DNA of 64,000 nt from positions 5,481 through 69,480 of the forward strand of contig CAYMPC010000001.1 of the NCBI GenBank assembly GCA_964392465.1, in the 5' to 3' direction. Within the stretch, counting starts at the first letter, position 1, and the number at the start of each line of letters is the position of its first letter. This DNA is from an uncultured Methanosarcinales archaeon. GTDB taxonomy: Archaea > Nanobdellota > Nanobdellia > Woesearchaeales > GW2011-AR15. The position numbers and the translations under genes are program-made. Shown piece by piece: positions 28,804 to 39,639 of this stretch. The notes beneath the pieces were generated by a model. That model was not told the origin of the DNA. It searched no databases and was given only the letters and a program-made list of their open reading frames with translations.

Positions 28804-30147
28804 ATGAAGAAAAAAACAACCATATTTTTTTTAATTTTTCTTCTTTTTTTATTTTCAGTAATTATTATAATCTTCTTTTTTTCAAAGTCTATAAATCTAA
28901 GTTTTCCCAGCATTAAAGAGTCAAAAAAAGAAATAAATGTCTTTTTTTGTCCTGAACAGAAATGTAAAGAAAAATTAATTGAACAAATTGATAATTCCTC
29001 AGATATAAAATGCGCCTTTTATGAGCTGAATTTAGAAGACATAATAAAAAAACTAAAAGAAAAAAAAGCAGAGGTTGTTATAGAGGATTCTACTTTTAAG
29101 GAAGAAACAGGATTCAACACTGGTTTTTCAAAAGCGTTAATGCACAATAAATTTTGTGTTTTTGATAATAAAATTGTTTTTACAGGAAGTATGAATCCTA
29201 CAAAAAACGATAATTATCAAAATAATAACAATATAATTATTATTGAATCACCTGCTCTTGCTCAGAACTATCTTGAAGAATTCAAAGAACTAAAAAATAA
29301 TATTTATGGAAAAGGCGGAAAAGTAAAAAATCCCCTTATTCAATTGGGCGACACAATAATTGAAAATTATTTCTGCCCTGAAGATAACTGTAAGCTGCGT
29401 GTCATAAATGAGCTGAAAAAAGCCAACAGTTCCATATATTTTATGACCTTTAGTTTTACTGATGAGGACATAGGTAATCTATTATGGAACAAGCATTACT
29501 TAGGGTTGGATATAAAAGGGATTTTCGACAAAAACCAAATAAGCCAATACTCTAGATATGAAGAGTTAAAAGACTTTTCAATAATAGACAAAAACATGTA
29601 TAAACTACATCATAAAGTTTTCATAATAGATAATAAAACAGTAATTACAGGTTCATATAATCCTACAAGAAATGCAAATGAGTATAATGATGAAAATATA
29701 GTGATAATCAAAGACAGAGAGATAGCAAAAAGATATATTGAAGAGTTCAATAATTTATTTTTTCATGAAGAAAAAATGCCTGAACTTTCTTCTGATGTAA
29801 TAATTTATTCAGTTTTATATGATGCATTAGGAAAAGATGAAGGTAATGAATATGTCGAATTGAAAAATATAGGTATAAACACAACAGATTTAAGCTATTA
29901 TTCTTTGAGCGATAATAAAACAAACATGAGACTTTATGGAAGTTTGGAAAAGGGCAAATTAACAAAAATAATACCGAGTTTTTCTTTAAAAAACACAAAC
30001 GGCACACTCTTACTTAAACATAATGCAAAAATCATAGACTTTCTTTTTTGGGAAGGAGAATGGAGATTGGAAGCAAAGGAAGGAACTATTTTGTTTAGAA
30101 AAGAAGAAGATAATATTGGAGAAGATAGTTGGATATCATTAACTTAA
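28804..30147 (+). CDS. secreted phospholipase-D-superfamily protein with two HKD motifs (nuclease/phospholipase)
   Basis: Signal/anchor helix. HKD motifs HNKFCVFDNKIVFTGSMN and HHKVFIIDNKTVITGSYN. Extra C-terminal domain. Confidence 0.75.
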   Translation: MKKKTTIFFLIFLLFLFSVIIIIFFFSKSINLSFPSIKESKKEINVFFCPEQKCKEKLIEQIDNSSDIKCAFYELNLEDIIKKLKEKKAEVVIEDSTFKEETGFNTGFSKALMHNKFCVFDNKIVFTGSMNPTKNDNYQNNNNIIIIESPALAQNYLEEFKELKNNIYGKGGKVKNPLIQLGDTIIENYFCPEDNCKLRVINELKKANSSIYFMTFSFTDEDIGNLLWNKHYLGLDIKGIFDKNQISQYSRYEELKDFSIIDKNMYKLHHKVFIIDNKTVITGSYNPTRNANEYNDENIVIIKDREIAKRYIEEFNNLFFHEEKMPELSSDVIIYSVLYDALGKDEGNEYVELKNIGINTTDLSYYSLSDNKTNMRLYGSLEKGKLTKIIPSFSLKNTNGTLLLKHNAKIIDFLFWEGEWRLEAKEGTILFRKEEDNIGEDSWISLT

Positions 30148-30150
30148 TTC

Positions 30151-30993
30151 TCACTTAACAAAAAAGTTTTTTATTAGTTTACCGGTTTCTTTAGGATACT
30201 CAATATAGAGATTATGTCCAGAATTAGGAAATACTTTGAGTATGCTATTTTTTATATTTTCTAGTATGTCTTTTTGGGAAGAAAAATTAAAAAAAAAGTC
30301 TTTTTTGCCATATATCAAAAGCAAGGGCATGTCAATATTTTTCAACTCTTCTTTATTTATACAGAATTCTCTTGCTTTTTTCATCATTTGATATCGCAAT
30401 GCCCGGGTTCTTAAAGAATTATTTAAAGAGTTTTTCAATCCGTACTTCAAATCAAAAAAAGGAGTCGTAATATTGGAATAATCTATGTTTGATTCTCTTT
30501 TTTCTTTCATATTTTTCGATAAAAAAAAGATCAGCTCTGAAATAGGCATATAAAAAAAACCAACAAATTTTGTTTTATTTCTTATTTTATTTAAGGTGTA
30601 CGTTGAGGATATTAAAACAATCTTTTTGATTTTTATCCTTTCTTTGTACATCAAGCAGAATTTTAGTGAGACAAGACCACCAAAACTTACACCCACAATA
30701 TAAATTTCTTTTGTTTTTTCTTTTTTTAAAATAGCATTAATATCCTTTCCATAGTTTTCTAATTTGTCATCTTCGATGTTTTTTGGAAAATCTGAATTTC
30801 CTCTTCCTCTTAAATCAGGAGCAATAACAATGTATTCTTTCAAAAAATAGCTATAAAGTCTCTTAAGCATGGTATGATTTCCGTGAAAACCGCCATGTAC
30901 AAAAACAATAGTGCCCTTTATTTTCTTTTTTTGACAAGAAGGTAAACTTTTTGAATAATAAAGTTTGGTTTTATCAAAACTTTCTATAAACAT
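30151..30993 (-). CDS. alpha/beta-hydrolase fold protein
   Basis: VFVHGGFHGN and nucleophile elbow GVSFGG. Start set to internal ATG 30993, which avoids overlap with the divergent EamA gene. Confidence 0.65.
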   Translation of the reverse strand: MFIESFDKTKLYYSKSLPSCQKKKIKGTIVFVHGGFHGNHTMLKRLYSYFLKEYIVIAPDLRGRGNSDFPKNIEDDKLENYGKDINAILKKEKTKEIYIVGVSFGGLVSLKFCLMYKERIKIKKIVLISSTYTLNKIRNKTKFVGFFYMPISELIFFLSKNMKEKRESNIDYSNITTPFFDLKYGLKNSLNNSLRTRALRYQMMKKAREFCINKEELKNIDMPLLLIYGKKDFFFNFSSQKDILENIKNSILKVFPNSGHNLYIEYPKETGKLIKNFFVK

Positions 30994-31055
30994 CTGTTTT
31001 TGAAAATAATAAGATATTAAAAAGTTATTTAAACTCTCTTTTGTTCTTGGCTTAG

Positions 31056-31979
31056 ATGAGCTTTTCAATAGGAATAACAATGGCCTTAATTGCAATGTTT
31101 TGCTGGGGGATAGCAGACTTTTTGCAGGCATTGGTTATTAAGAAGATTGGCTCATTGAAGACAATGTTTTTCGGAAATTTGTTTGGAATATTCTTTTCTT
31201 TATTCTTCTTTTTTTATTTTTTCTCTTTAGGAAAGATACATATAGACCTTACAAGTTTTCTTCTTCTTTTTGGTGCAGGAATAATTGATGTTATAGGCGT
31301 ATATAATTTTATGAAATCATTTGAGATAGGAGAAATTAGTATAGTTACGCCAATATCAGCTTCTTATTCCCTTGTTACGGTAATTTTAGCATTTCTTTTT
31401 TTAGGAGAGACATTATCTTTCTTAAAAATAATTTCCATATTAATAATTCTTTTTGGAATTGTTCTTGTTTCCACAGATCTTAAGAAACTAAAAAACTTGC
31501 ATACAGCAAGAGGAGTTAAAGAGTCTTTGATAGCTCTATTTGTATGGGGATTTTATTTTTTTGTGATAGGTGTTGTTTCAAAAAGGTTATTTGATTACAC
31601 TTTTTCAGGTATGGCGCTTACTCCTTTTGAAGCAAAAGTATCTGTTGCGATTAATTTGTTTTTCTTTTCAAACATAATCAATACTGGATTGATGATTCTT
31701 TTTTCAGGCATAAAAGAAAAAAATAAATCCTTTTCAGTATTAAAAGCAAAAAACGTTCTACTCTTTATCTTTATTAACTTTGTTTTATATAATGTGGCTT
31801 GGATAGCAGTTAATTACGGCATAGCACAAGATCTTGTTTCAATTGTTACTCCTGTTAGTTCTCTTTATCCTGCATTGACTGTCGTGTTAGCATGGTTCTT
31901 TTTGAAAGAAAAACTTGTCCTTAATCAGAAAATAGGTGTTTTTTTAACTATTTTTGGGATTTTTTTAATAAGCCTATAA
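31056..31979 (+). CDS. EamA/DMT-family transporter
   Basis: 10 TM helices in two 5-TM halves typical of EamA. Confidence 0.65.
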   Translation: MSFSIGITMALIAMFCWGIADFLQALVIKKIGSLKTMFFGNLFGIFFSLFFFFYFFSLGKIHIDLTSFLLLFGAGIIDVIGVYNFMKSFEIGEISIVTPISASYSLVTVILAFLFLGETLSFLKIISILIILFGIVLVSTDLKKLKNLHTARGVKESLIALFVWGFYFFVIGVVSKRLFDYTFSGMALTPFEAKVSVAINLFFFSNIINTGLMILFSGIKEKNKSFSVLKAKNVLLFIFINFVLYNVAWIAVNYGIAQDLVSIVTPVSSLYPALTVVLAWFFLKEKLVLNQKIGVFLTIFGIFLISL

Positions 31980-32005
31980 TTCTAAAAAATATTAAAAAGG
32001 AATAA

Positions 32006-33049
32006 TTACTCAACTATACAAGTATCTATCTTAGTAAGGTTACAAAAATCAGTAGTATAATTATATGCTCCCGCATTCAAAAAAACAATCTTATCTCCTA
32101 TTTTTGGTTTATCGAGAAAAACCCTGTATCTAAATATATCCATAGAATCAGGAGTATTGCCTTTTATTGTATATGGAATACCTTTTCCTAAATTATCGTC
32201 TAATTCTCCTTCTACAAGCAATCTAATATGTGCAACAAAAGTGTCCATAGCAGCATTGTAAACAGAGCAATCTATTATTATATTATTATCATAAATACTT
32301 TTTATGTTTGCCTCTAATTTGACAGAAGGAGCAGCAATAAATCTTCCTGGTTCAATTATCATTTTTATATTCTGATTATTAAGCCATTCTTTTAATTCTT
32401 TAATTTTATAAACAATGTTTTTTATTATAGATACATTGAAATTCTTATACTCGGCAGGCAAACCACCGCCAATATTCACATAATCAATGTTTTTCCAATT
32501 ATCCTTATCTATTGTGTCTTCAAGCTCTTCTTTTATTTCCCATTCACTTACATTTTGAGTTTTTCTGTGAAAATGAATCCCAATTTTCTCAATGTTTTTA
32601 TTTCTTCTTAGCACATGAAGATATTTATTTACTTTTTTTGAATACATACCGTAAACGAAATGTTTTCCTGTATGGATTGTGTTTTCTTTCAACTTCATCC
32701 TGAGCAGAAGGGAAATCTTTTTTTTGTTTTTTTCAATATAACTTATTAAGGTATTAAGATCGTTTTCATTGTCCACTACAAATTTATCTATTCTTCTATT
32801 GAATAATATTGAAAGCTCATCTTCATCCCAAGCTTGTGAAAAATACCAAACTCTTTGTGGATCCTTTAATGTTTTAAAATCTTCAATCGTATGTACGCTG
32901 AAAAAACAATCTGTTTTTTCCTCAAGTATTTTTCCTACTTCAATATTAGTTTTATAACTATATGAAACAACATCTGCAATTTCTTTAATCTCATTATATT
33001 TTTCTAATACCTTTTTTTTGCTTAATACAAATCTTGCTTTGCTTAACAT
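32006..33049 (-). CDS. divergent fold-type-III PLP-dependent decarboxylase (Orn/DAP/Arg decarboxylase family)
   Basis: PLP-Lys region SYSYKTN, Gly loop VNIGGGLP, and EPGRFIAAP substrate-binding motif. Overlaps the deoxyhypusine synthase stop by 7 nt. Confidence 0.55.
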   Translation of the reverse strand: MLSKARFVLSKKKVLEKYNEIKEIADVVSYSYKTNIEVGKILEEKTDCFFSVHTIEDFKTLKDPQRVWYFSQAWDEDELSILFNRRIDKFVVDNENDLNTLISYIEKNKKKISLLLRMKLKENTIHTGKHFVYGMYSKKVNKYLHVLRRNKNIEKIGIHFHRKTQNVSEWEIKEELEDTIDKDNWKNIDYVNIGGGLPAEYKNFNVSIIKNIVYKIKELKEWLNNQNIKMIIEPGRFIAAPSVKLEANIKSIYDNNIIIDCSVYNAAMDTFVAHIRLLVEGELDDNLGKGIPYTIKGNTPDSMDIFRYRVFLDKPKIGDKIVFLNAGAYNYTTDFCNLTKIDTCIVE

Positions 33050-33984
33050 TTTAGTAGACCTTCTTTTTCTAATTCTTCAAGTGCTTTCATCATTACTAAA
33101 GGAAAAGTAAAGGTAACATCACCTATTACTGTTGAAACATCAGAATCATCTTTTACTTTACCCCAGCTTTTGGCTTCTTCTGTAGATGCACCAGACATGC
33201 TTCCTGAAGTACTATGCGCAGTTGTCATATAAACAGCATAATCGAGGCCCCCATTTAATAAAGCGGCCAGTATTGCATGGTGTTTTGAGATGCTTCCTCC
33301 AAGTGAGATAATACCTTTTTTGTCATCTTGTGAAGATGTAAAAAGGATATTTGCAAAATCTTTTACTACATCGATTACAAAATCAGGGTGTTTTTGCTGT
33401 AGCATGAAAAGATGAAAGCCCAAAGAACCGTCTGTTATCCCAGGACAAAAAATAGGAACTTTTTTCTTTGCTGCTTGATACAAAATTGAGTTTTTATCCT
33501 CAAGCATCATACCTATTTCATGTATCATTTCAGAGACAGGCCATCTGGCTTTTTTTTCATAAATCTTTTTCAGCATAATATTAATAGTATCTTCAAAATT
33601 CAGATAGCTTTCATTTTTTATGAATAGATTGCCTACTCTATTTACTCCTTTTTCATATAATGCAATATCATCTGATTTGAATTTCCCTATGATAAACTCC
33701 TCTCCTTTTGCTTTCATTATGTCTTCTTCTATTCCACCTACAGTTGTTACAATAATATCAATCATTCCTAATTCAATTAATTGTGCAAAAAAGCCTCTTA
33801 ATCCAGAGGTTACCATATTTGAGGTATAGGTAAAATAAATTTTTGCACCGTCTTTTTTCATTTTGACTATAACATCAACCGCTTTCTTCATTTCAGAACT
33901 TTGAAATCCAACATTTCCCATGCTTTCAACTAATTCAGAAACACTTATTCCTTTTTTCCATATTAAATCTTTAACTTTTTTCAT
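33043..33984 (-). CDS. dys: deoxyhypusine synthase
   Basis: GGSISKHH, TTAHSTSGS and the active-site EEAKSWGKV region. Start moved to ATG 33984 (track used TTG 33996). Confidence 0.85.
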   Translation of the reverse strand: MKKVKDLIWKKGISVSELVESMGNVGFQSSEMKKAVDVIVKMKKDGAKIYFTYTSNMVTSGLRGFFAQLIELGMIDIIVTTVGGIEEDIMKAKGEEFIIGKFKSDDIALYEKGVNRVGNLFIKNESYLNFEDTINIMLKKIYEKKARWPVSEMIHEIGMMLEDKNSILYQAAKKKVPIFCPGITDGSLGFHLFMLQQKHPDFVIDVVKDFANILFTSSQDDKKGIISLGGSISKHHAILAALLNGGLDYAVYMTTAHSTSGSMSGASTEEAKSWGKVKDDSDVSTVIGDVTFTFPLVMMKALEELEKEGLLKC

Positions 33985-34106
33985 AGATATCACCAAAACA
34001 GATTAAATCAATAAATTAAAAGAACACAATTTTATTAATTACGCACCCATTTTATAAACTGTGCTAACCATAAAATAAAGGAGAATAAGGATATTTAAAA
34101 AATTAA

Positions 34107-34691
34107 TTACTTTTTATCTTGATCAGTATTAGGTTTTCTTAGATGATACTCAAATTTATCTTCATATTCTCTTCTTTTTAATTCTCTTTTTATTCTTTCC
34201 AACCATCTGTACACATTAGAATGAGGGCTGCCTTTAATCAGCATCTCAATAGCTCTTCTTGCCATAGTAACAGACTCTATTGTACCAATGATACAAATTG
34301 TTTTTCCATAAACAGAAACATAAGATTCAGTAAATTCTTCAATTAATTCTCTTGTTCTTCCATTAGTTCCAATTACCCTTCCTTTTATTCTATTAAGCTG
34401 GGAAGGATTTTCAAAATCAGGCAAATTAATCATTTCGAAGGCATAATCTTGTTTTAACAGCAATAATGCAAGTTCAGGATTAAACCCTCTTCCTATTGCC
34501 CTTATGATATCTCTTGTTGAATAAAGCAGAACAGCATCTTCACCAGAAACAGTAATCTCTCCTTCTTTGCTGTCAATTGTCAACTTTGTTTTTGTATTCT
34601 CTTCTACTTGTTTCTTGATTTCTCCTTTTTTGCCTATCAAAACAGCAATCCTGTCCTTTGGAATTTTTATCTGATAGCTAAATTCAGCCAT
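34107..34691 (-). CDS. two-KH-domain RNA-binding protein (aDim2/Pno1-like)
   Basis: IPKDRIAVLIGKKGEIKK (KH GxxG) and a second KH (VIGTNGRTRELIEE), about 190 aa. Confidence 0.55.
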   Translation of the reverse strand: MAEFSYQIKIPKDRIAVLIGKKGEIKKQVEENTKTKLTIDSKEGEITVSGEDAVLLYSTRDIIRAIGRGFNPELALLLLKQDYAFEMINLPDFENPSQLNRIKGRVIGTNGRTRELIEEFTESYVSVYGKTICIIGTIESVTMARRAIEMLIKGSPHSNVYRWLERIKRELKRREYEDKFEYHLRKPNTDQDKK

Positions 34692-34788
34692 ATTCCTCAG
34701 AAAATATGGGTTGTTTTTAAAATTTGTCTAATACCTTTCAAAAAGCATCTCAATTAAATATTTAATATCGCTTTTATTCTCCTTTCTT

Positions 34789-35871
34789 ATGAAAGATATC
34801 TTTGCTGGAGATAAAATTTTAAGGCATTCTGAGAGGATTGATGAATTTTTTAAATCAGGCAATGCAAGACCAATAACAGCAGAATTTGATATGACTAATT
34901 TATGCAATAACAACTGTCCTTATTGTTTTGGTTATTACAAAAGAGAATACAATAATGCGCATATGGCTAAAGAAGAGGCAATAAAAATACTAGATGACTT
35001 AAAAGAAGAAGGGATATTGGCCATTACCTTTACTGGGGGAGGAGAGCCTCTTATGAATTCTTCTACAATAGAGGTTATGGAATATGCAGAAAAAAAAGGA
35101 TTTGAGGTTGCTCTTATAACAAATGGGCTTGCTTTGAATGAGGAATATGTCAGAAGGGCATTAAAAATTTCAACATGGATTAGAATATCAGCTGATGCTG
35201 ATTCTGCTGATACCTATGCTAAAACACATGGCATGAATGAGAAAGCATGGGATTTTGTGCTGTCTAATATTAAGAGAGCAGTTGAATTAAAAAAAGAGAC
35301 AAACTCTTCTTGTACAATAGGAGTTGGCTATTTAACTTCAGAATATACTTTTTCTAAGGAACAAATGTTAAGATTTGTGAAGCTCTTTAAAAAAATAGGA
35401 GTGGATTATGTCCAGTTTAGGCCAATTATGCCAAGATGGGATGATAAAAAAGACATAGAAAAAGATACCTCTCTTGAAATAATTAAAGAATGTTTAAAAG
35501 AGACAACTGAGGATTTCAAGGTTCTTTATTCTAAGCCGAAATATGATTTAATGGAGAAACCAAGGGAACATTGGAGACCTTATGGCCTTTGTTTAGGGGC
35601 AAATTTTACAATAGTGATAGGAGCAGACAAAAAAGTATATGTTTGTTGTCATCAAAGGGGAATTGAAAAATATGCTTTTGGAGACTTAACCAAACATACT
35701 TTTAAAGAAATCTGGAACAGAAAGCAGGCAGCCTTTGATAAAATAGATTTTAAAGACTGCCCATATCTTTGCAGAAACAATCCTTTCAACATAATCCTTT
35801 GGGAGATAAAAACAGGAAAAAGGAAAATAGAACAAATAAAAGAAAAAAGAGAGCATGAAAACTTTCTTTAG
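34789..35871 (+). CDS. radical SAM enzyme with SPASM-like C-terminal Cys cluster
   Basis: CNNNCPYC (CxxxCxxC), GGGEPLM, C-terminal CCHQ...CPYLC. Confidence 0.7.
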   Translation: MKDIFAGDKILRHSERIDEFFKSGNARPITAEFDMTNLCNNNCPYCFGYYKREYNNAHMAKEEAIKILDDLKEEGILAITFTGGGEPLMNSSTIEVMEYAEKKGFEVALITNGLALNEEYVRRALKISTWIRISADADSADTYAKTHGMNEKAWDFVLSNIKRAVELKKETNSSCTIGVGYLTSEYTFSKEQMLRFVKLFKKIGVDYVQFRPIMPRWDDKKDIEKDTSLEIIKECLKETTEDFKVLYSKPKYDLMEKPREHWRPYGLCLGANFTIVIGADKKVYVCCHQRGIEKYAFGDLTKHTFKEIWNRKQAAFDKIDFKDCPYLCRNNPFNIILWEIKTGKRKIEQIKEKREHENFL

Positions 35872-35878
35872 CGGATAT

Positions 35879-38161
35879 TTACCCATAATAAGCAGGTTTT
35901 GTCTCTTTCATCTCTTTGCCGCGAGCTGCTCTGAATTGGTTTAACAATTCTTTATATGCTTCATCAATCTCTTTTGTTATACTTGGAGCAACCTTTTTCA
36001 AAGCTTCAGTAAAGTTCACTTTAAATATTTTATCAGCTTTTATGTTTTTTCTTAAAGCAAGCATTGCAGCTTCTCTGCAAACAGCTTCTAAATCTGCTCC
36101 AGCATATCCTTCAGTTTCTAAAGCAATTTCTTTAAGATCAACATCTTTTCCAAGAGGCATACTTTTTGTATGAATCTTAAGTATTTCTAATCTTGCTTTT
36201 TCATCTGGAGAATGTACCAAAATGATTCTATCAAATCTTCCGGGTCTTAGAAGAGCAGTATCCAAAATATCAGGTCTGTTTGTTGCTCCTATAAACACAA
36301 TATCATGTAAGCCAACCATTCCATCCATTTCAGTCAGCATTTGATTGACAACTTTGTCGCTTACATGCCCTTCAGATGAATCAGAACCTCTTCTTGGAGC
36401 CAAAGAATCAATTTCATCAAAGAAGATTATTGTTGGGCTTGTTTGTCTTGCTTTTTCAAATATTTTTCTTACTGCTTTTTCAGATTCACCTACCCACTTG
36501 CTCAATAGCTCAGGACCCTTAACTAATATGAAATTAGCTTTGCTCTCTGTTGCTACAGCTTTTGCTAACAAAGTTTTTCCTGTTCCAGGCGGGCCATATA
36601 ATAAAATGCCTTTTGGAGGCTTTATACCCATTCTTTTGAATACAGCTGGATTTTTCAATGGCCACTCCACAGCTTCAATTAATTCCTGTTTTACCATTTC
36701 TAGCCCACCGATATTTTCCCATTTTACATTAGGCATTTCAATGAGAACTTCTCTTAATGCGCTCGGTCTTACAACTTTTAATGCTTCAAAGAAATTATCT
36801 TTACTTACTTTCAATTTTTCTAATACTTCTTTTGGGATTGGCTGATCTTCTTCTAATTTTAAATCTGGATATATTGTTCTCAGTAAGTTCATAGCTGCTT
36901 CTTTTGCTAATGCAGACAAATCTGCTCCAACAAATCCATGAGTAATATCTGCGAATTCTTTCAGATTTACATTTTTCTCTAGCGGCATGTTTCTTGTATG
37001 AATCTTTAATATATTCAATCTTCCTTCTTTATCAGGTACACCAATCTCTAGCTCTCTATCGAATCTTCCAGGTCTCCTTAATGCAGGATCTAGCTCATTT
37101 GGGATATTTGTTGCTCCTATTACAACAACCTTTCCTCTTGATTTCAAGCCATCCATTAAAGCCAGCAATTGTGCGACAACCCTTCTTTCTACTTCTCCTT
37201 TAGATTCTTCTCTTTTTGATGCAATTGCATCAATCTCGTCTATAAAAATTATGGAAGGCGCTCCTTTTTCTGCTTCTTCAAATTTTTTTCTTAGATTCTC
37301 TTCAGATTGTCCGTAATATTTGCTCATTATCTCTGGACCATTAATCAAAAAGAAATTTGCAGCAGTTTCATTTGCAACTGCCTTTGCCAACATAGTTTTT
37401 CCTGTTCCAGGAGGACCATGTAATAATACGCCCTTTGGAGGCTCTATTCCTAAAGCTTCAAAAAGTTCAGGGTGTTTTAATGGCAATTCTACCATTTCCC
37501 TTACTTTCTTAAGCTCTTCATCCAATCCTCCAATATCTTCATAAGTTACTTCAAGCATTTTTTCTTCTGCTACTTCAACTGCTTCAGGATTAAATTGGAC
37601 TTCTGTTTGCTCAGTAATAATAACCGGTTGTTTTGGTAAGGTATCTACAACAACAAATTTCAAATCTCCTAGACCAAAACCCATTAGACTTTCATCAAGC
37701 ATGCTGAAAAAATCATCTCCAAACAAAGGGTTTGAGGACATTGTTCTCCTTCTGGTTTTTGTTCCCCCTAATGAGACAATATCTCCTTTCAAGACAGCTC
37801 TTCCAAGTAATCCTTGTTTAAATATTACTGGATTAGCTCGTACAACAATTCCTTTTCTTTGAGGGGCAATAATTATTTTTTTTGCCTCAATAATATTTGC
37901 TTTTTTGATAGAAACAAGCTCACCTATACCTGCTTTTGCGTTTCTTCTTATAAGGCCATCCATTCTAATAATATTTAGTCCAATGTCTCCAGGATATGCC
38001 CTGTCTGTAATTGCAACTGTCTTTCTTTCTCCAGTGATTTCAATAATATCTCCGGGCCTTATTCCTAAATCATGCATAAAACCAGAATCAATCCTTACAA
38101 TTCCTTTATTTACATCATCTTGAATAGCTTCAGCAACTTTTAATTTAATATCACTTACCAT
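35879..38161 (-). CDS. cdc48: Cdc48/VCP-like AAA+ ATPase
   Basis: N-domain, two AAA modules (GPPGTGKT twice), SRH motifs. ATG 38161 used (track starts at TTG 38173). Confidence 0.9.
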   Translation of the reverse strand: MVSDIKLKVAEAIQDDVNKGIVRIDSGFMHDLGIRPGDIIEITGERKTVAITDRAYPGDIGLNIIRMDGLIRRNAKAGIGELVSIKKANIIEAKKIIIAPQRKGIVVRANPVIFKQGLLGRAVLKGDIVSLGGTKTRRRTMSSNPLFGDDFFSMLDESLMGFGLGDLKFVVVDTLPKQPVIITEQTEVQFNPEAVEVAEEKMLEVTYEDIGGLDEELKKVREMVELPLKHPELFEALGIEPPKGVLLHGPPGTGKTMLAKAVANETAANFFLINGPEIMSKYYGQSEENLRKKFEEAEKGAPSIIFIDEIDAIASKREESKGEVERRVVAQLLALMDGLKSRGKVVVIGATNIPNELDPALRRPGRFDRELEIGVPDKEGRLNILKIHTRNMPLEKNVNLKEFADITHGFVGADLSALAKEAAMNLLRTIYPDLKLEEDQPIPKEVLEKLKVSKDNFFEALKVVRPSALREVLIEMPNVKWENIGGLEMVKQELIEAVEWPLKNPAVFKRMGIKPPKGILLYGPPGTGKTLLAKAVATESKANFILVKGPELLSKWVGESEKAVRKIFEKARQTSPTIIFFDEIDSLAPRRGSDSSEGHVSDKVVNQMLTEMDGMVGLHDIVFIGATNRPDILDTALLRPGRFDRIILVHSPDEKARLEILKIHTKSMPLGKDVDLKEIALETEGYAGADLEAVCREAAMLALRKNIKADKIFKVNFTEALKKVAPSITKEIDEAYKELLNQFRAARGKEMKETKPAYYG

Positions 38162-38311
38162 AATCTCACCCAAAGGAATTAAAAATTAGGGAATAAATAA
38201 AGGTATCGGAAGAGCGGAAGAGCCTACGGTGATAACCTATAGATAGGTTGTCTTTATATAATAGTAAAAAAATAGTTTTTTTATATAACTTGTTTTTTTT
38301 TAAAGTTTAGC

Positions 38312-39190
38312 ATGACAAAAATAACAAAACCCCAACAATTAATACCTTTGGCCAACAAAGGAAATGATTTTTTACATGATCAAAGAGAGAGCTATAACAA
38401 TGCAACCTTATTAACAGACCCATGGAAAATTTACTTTTCTTTATCACATGAAGCAGCAATTTTTTTAGTTTCTTTTAGTAATCAATTATCTAGAGTAGGT
38501 CAAACAGGAGTACAGCTTTATGAAGATAGAACAGCATTATTAAAAAAACTTAAAGATGAAAGAGTTATAACTAAACCGCAACAAGGCGAATCCTTTGCAG
38601 ACCAATTAGAAGCAATAGGTCTTTACTATGATATGACTACTCCAAAGAATAGAGATTTAGAGGACATAGTATCTAAAGTTGTGGGATCTTTAACTTCTTC
38701 AAAAGAATATATTAATACTAATTTAAAAAATAATGAGGATATAAATAGCAGAAACTGGAACACAACAGTAGAGGAAGCAATCCAGGCATATACAGCGTTG
38801 CTATTTTTGAGAAATGCATATGAAACATCAGGCATTTTAAACTCAAAAGGTCATACAAACGGAATTAACTTGATAACCTATACTCCCAAAGGGCTAAAAG
38901 AGCTTTTTTATTCTATTTTTGAAAGAAATTATAGATTGAGTTTAGTTGACAAAGGTATTATACCACCAGAAGAAGATGGAAGAAAGGGATTTCCAAGAAT
39001 ATGGAATTTTTTAAGAGCCAGGGGGGTTGAACTTGAAAAAGAAGAAGAACTATTGAGATATGTTGATTCAATTATTCATCCTAACCGTACAGGATTTATA
39101 AGGAATATACCTCTTATTGGAGATTTTTTTACAGCAGAAGCATACAAACTTGTTTATGGAGTGAATAAATTCTCATTAAAGAAAAAATAA
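38312..39190 (+). CDS. hypothetical protein
   Basis: 292 aa with no signal peptide and no recognisable motif. Confidence 0.4.
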   Translation: MTKITKPQQLIPLANKGNDFLHDQRESYNNATLLTDPWKIYFSLSHEAAIFLVSFSNQLSRVGQTGVQLYEDRTALLKKLKDERVITKPQQGESFADQLEAIGLYYDMTTPKNRDLEDIVSKVVGSLTSSKEYINTNLKNNEDINSRNWNTTVEEAIQAYTALLFLRNAYETSGILNSKGHTNGINLITYTPKGLKELFYSIFERNYRLSLVDKGIIPPEEDGRKGFPRIWNFLRARGVELEKEEELLRYVDSIIHPNRTGFIRNIPLIGDFFTAEAYKLVYGVNKFSLKKK

Positions 39191-39195
39191 AAATT

Positions 39196-39639
39196 TTACT
39201 TCTTTTTCTTTTCTTCCTTTGTCTCTTTTGGAATCTCTTTATTAGTTATCTTTGGCAAAGGTACATGTGGAGGTAGTTGCATATCCCTTCCTAAGAATAA
39301 AGCTTCAATGCTACATCTTTCTAAAAGATTATTATATACTTCTTGAATTACTTCAGGAGGAAGTTTTTTTTCCTTTTCCCATTGTCCTAATGTTTCTTTT
39401 ACCTTTTCTTCAGTAGTAAGATATACTAGAGCGCCTTCCAGTAAAATACTTCCTACTTCAGGGTTAAAAGTAGTTGTATATGAAAATTTAAATTCTATTC
39501 CTTTTTGCTTTGATCTACCAACAACATTAGCTTCTTTTAAATTGTTTAATATTATGTTATTTTTTACCTCTATTTTACCTGTAGCTGCTTTACTTTTTTC
39601 TACATTAAATTTTGTAAAGTGAAATCCAATTATCGCCAT
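39196..39639 (-). CDS. hypothetical protein with Lys/Glu-rich tail
   Basis: 147 aa with no recognised motif. C-terminal KETKEEKKKK. Confidence 0.35.
   Translation of the reverse strand: MAIIGFHFTKFNVEKSKAATGKIEVKNNIILNNLKEANVVGRSKQKGIEFKFSYTTTFNPEVGSILLEGALVYLTTEEKVKETLGQWEKEKKLPPEVIQEVYNNLLERCSIEALFLGRDMQLPPHVPLPKITNKEIPKETKEEKKKK

Noticed and set aside
28804-30147. PLD-family protein considered as a transposase/mobile-element nuclease
   Set aside because: It has a signal peptide, two intact HKD motifs and no flanking inverted repeats or integrase. It looks like a secreted enzyme, not a mobile-element nuclease.
35916-38123. Several plus-strand ORFs (35916..36173, 36345..36845, 36994..37203, 37320..37544, 37905..38123)
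   Set aside because: All are antisense to the strongly supported Cdc48 gene. They are Ser/Pro/Leu-rich mirror translations typical of the reverse strand of a real gene.
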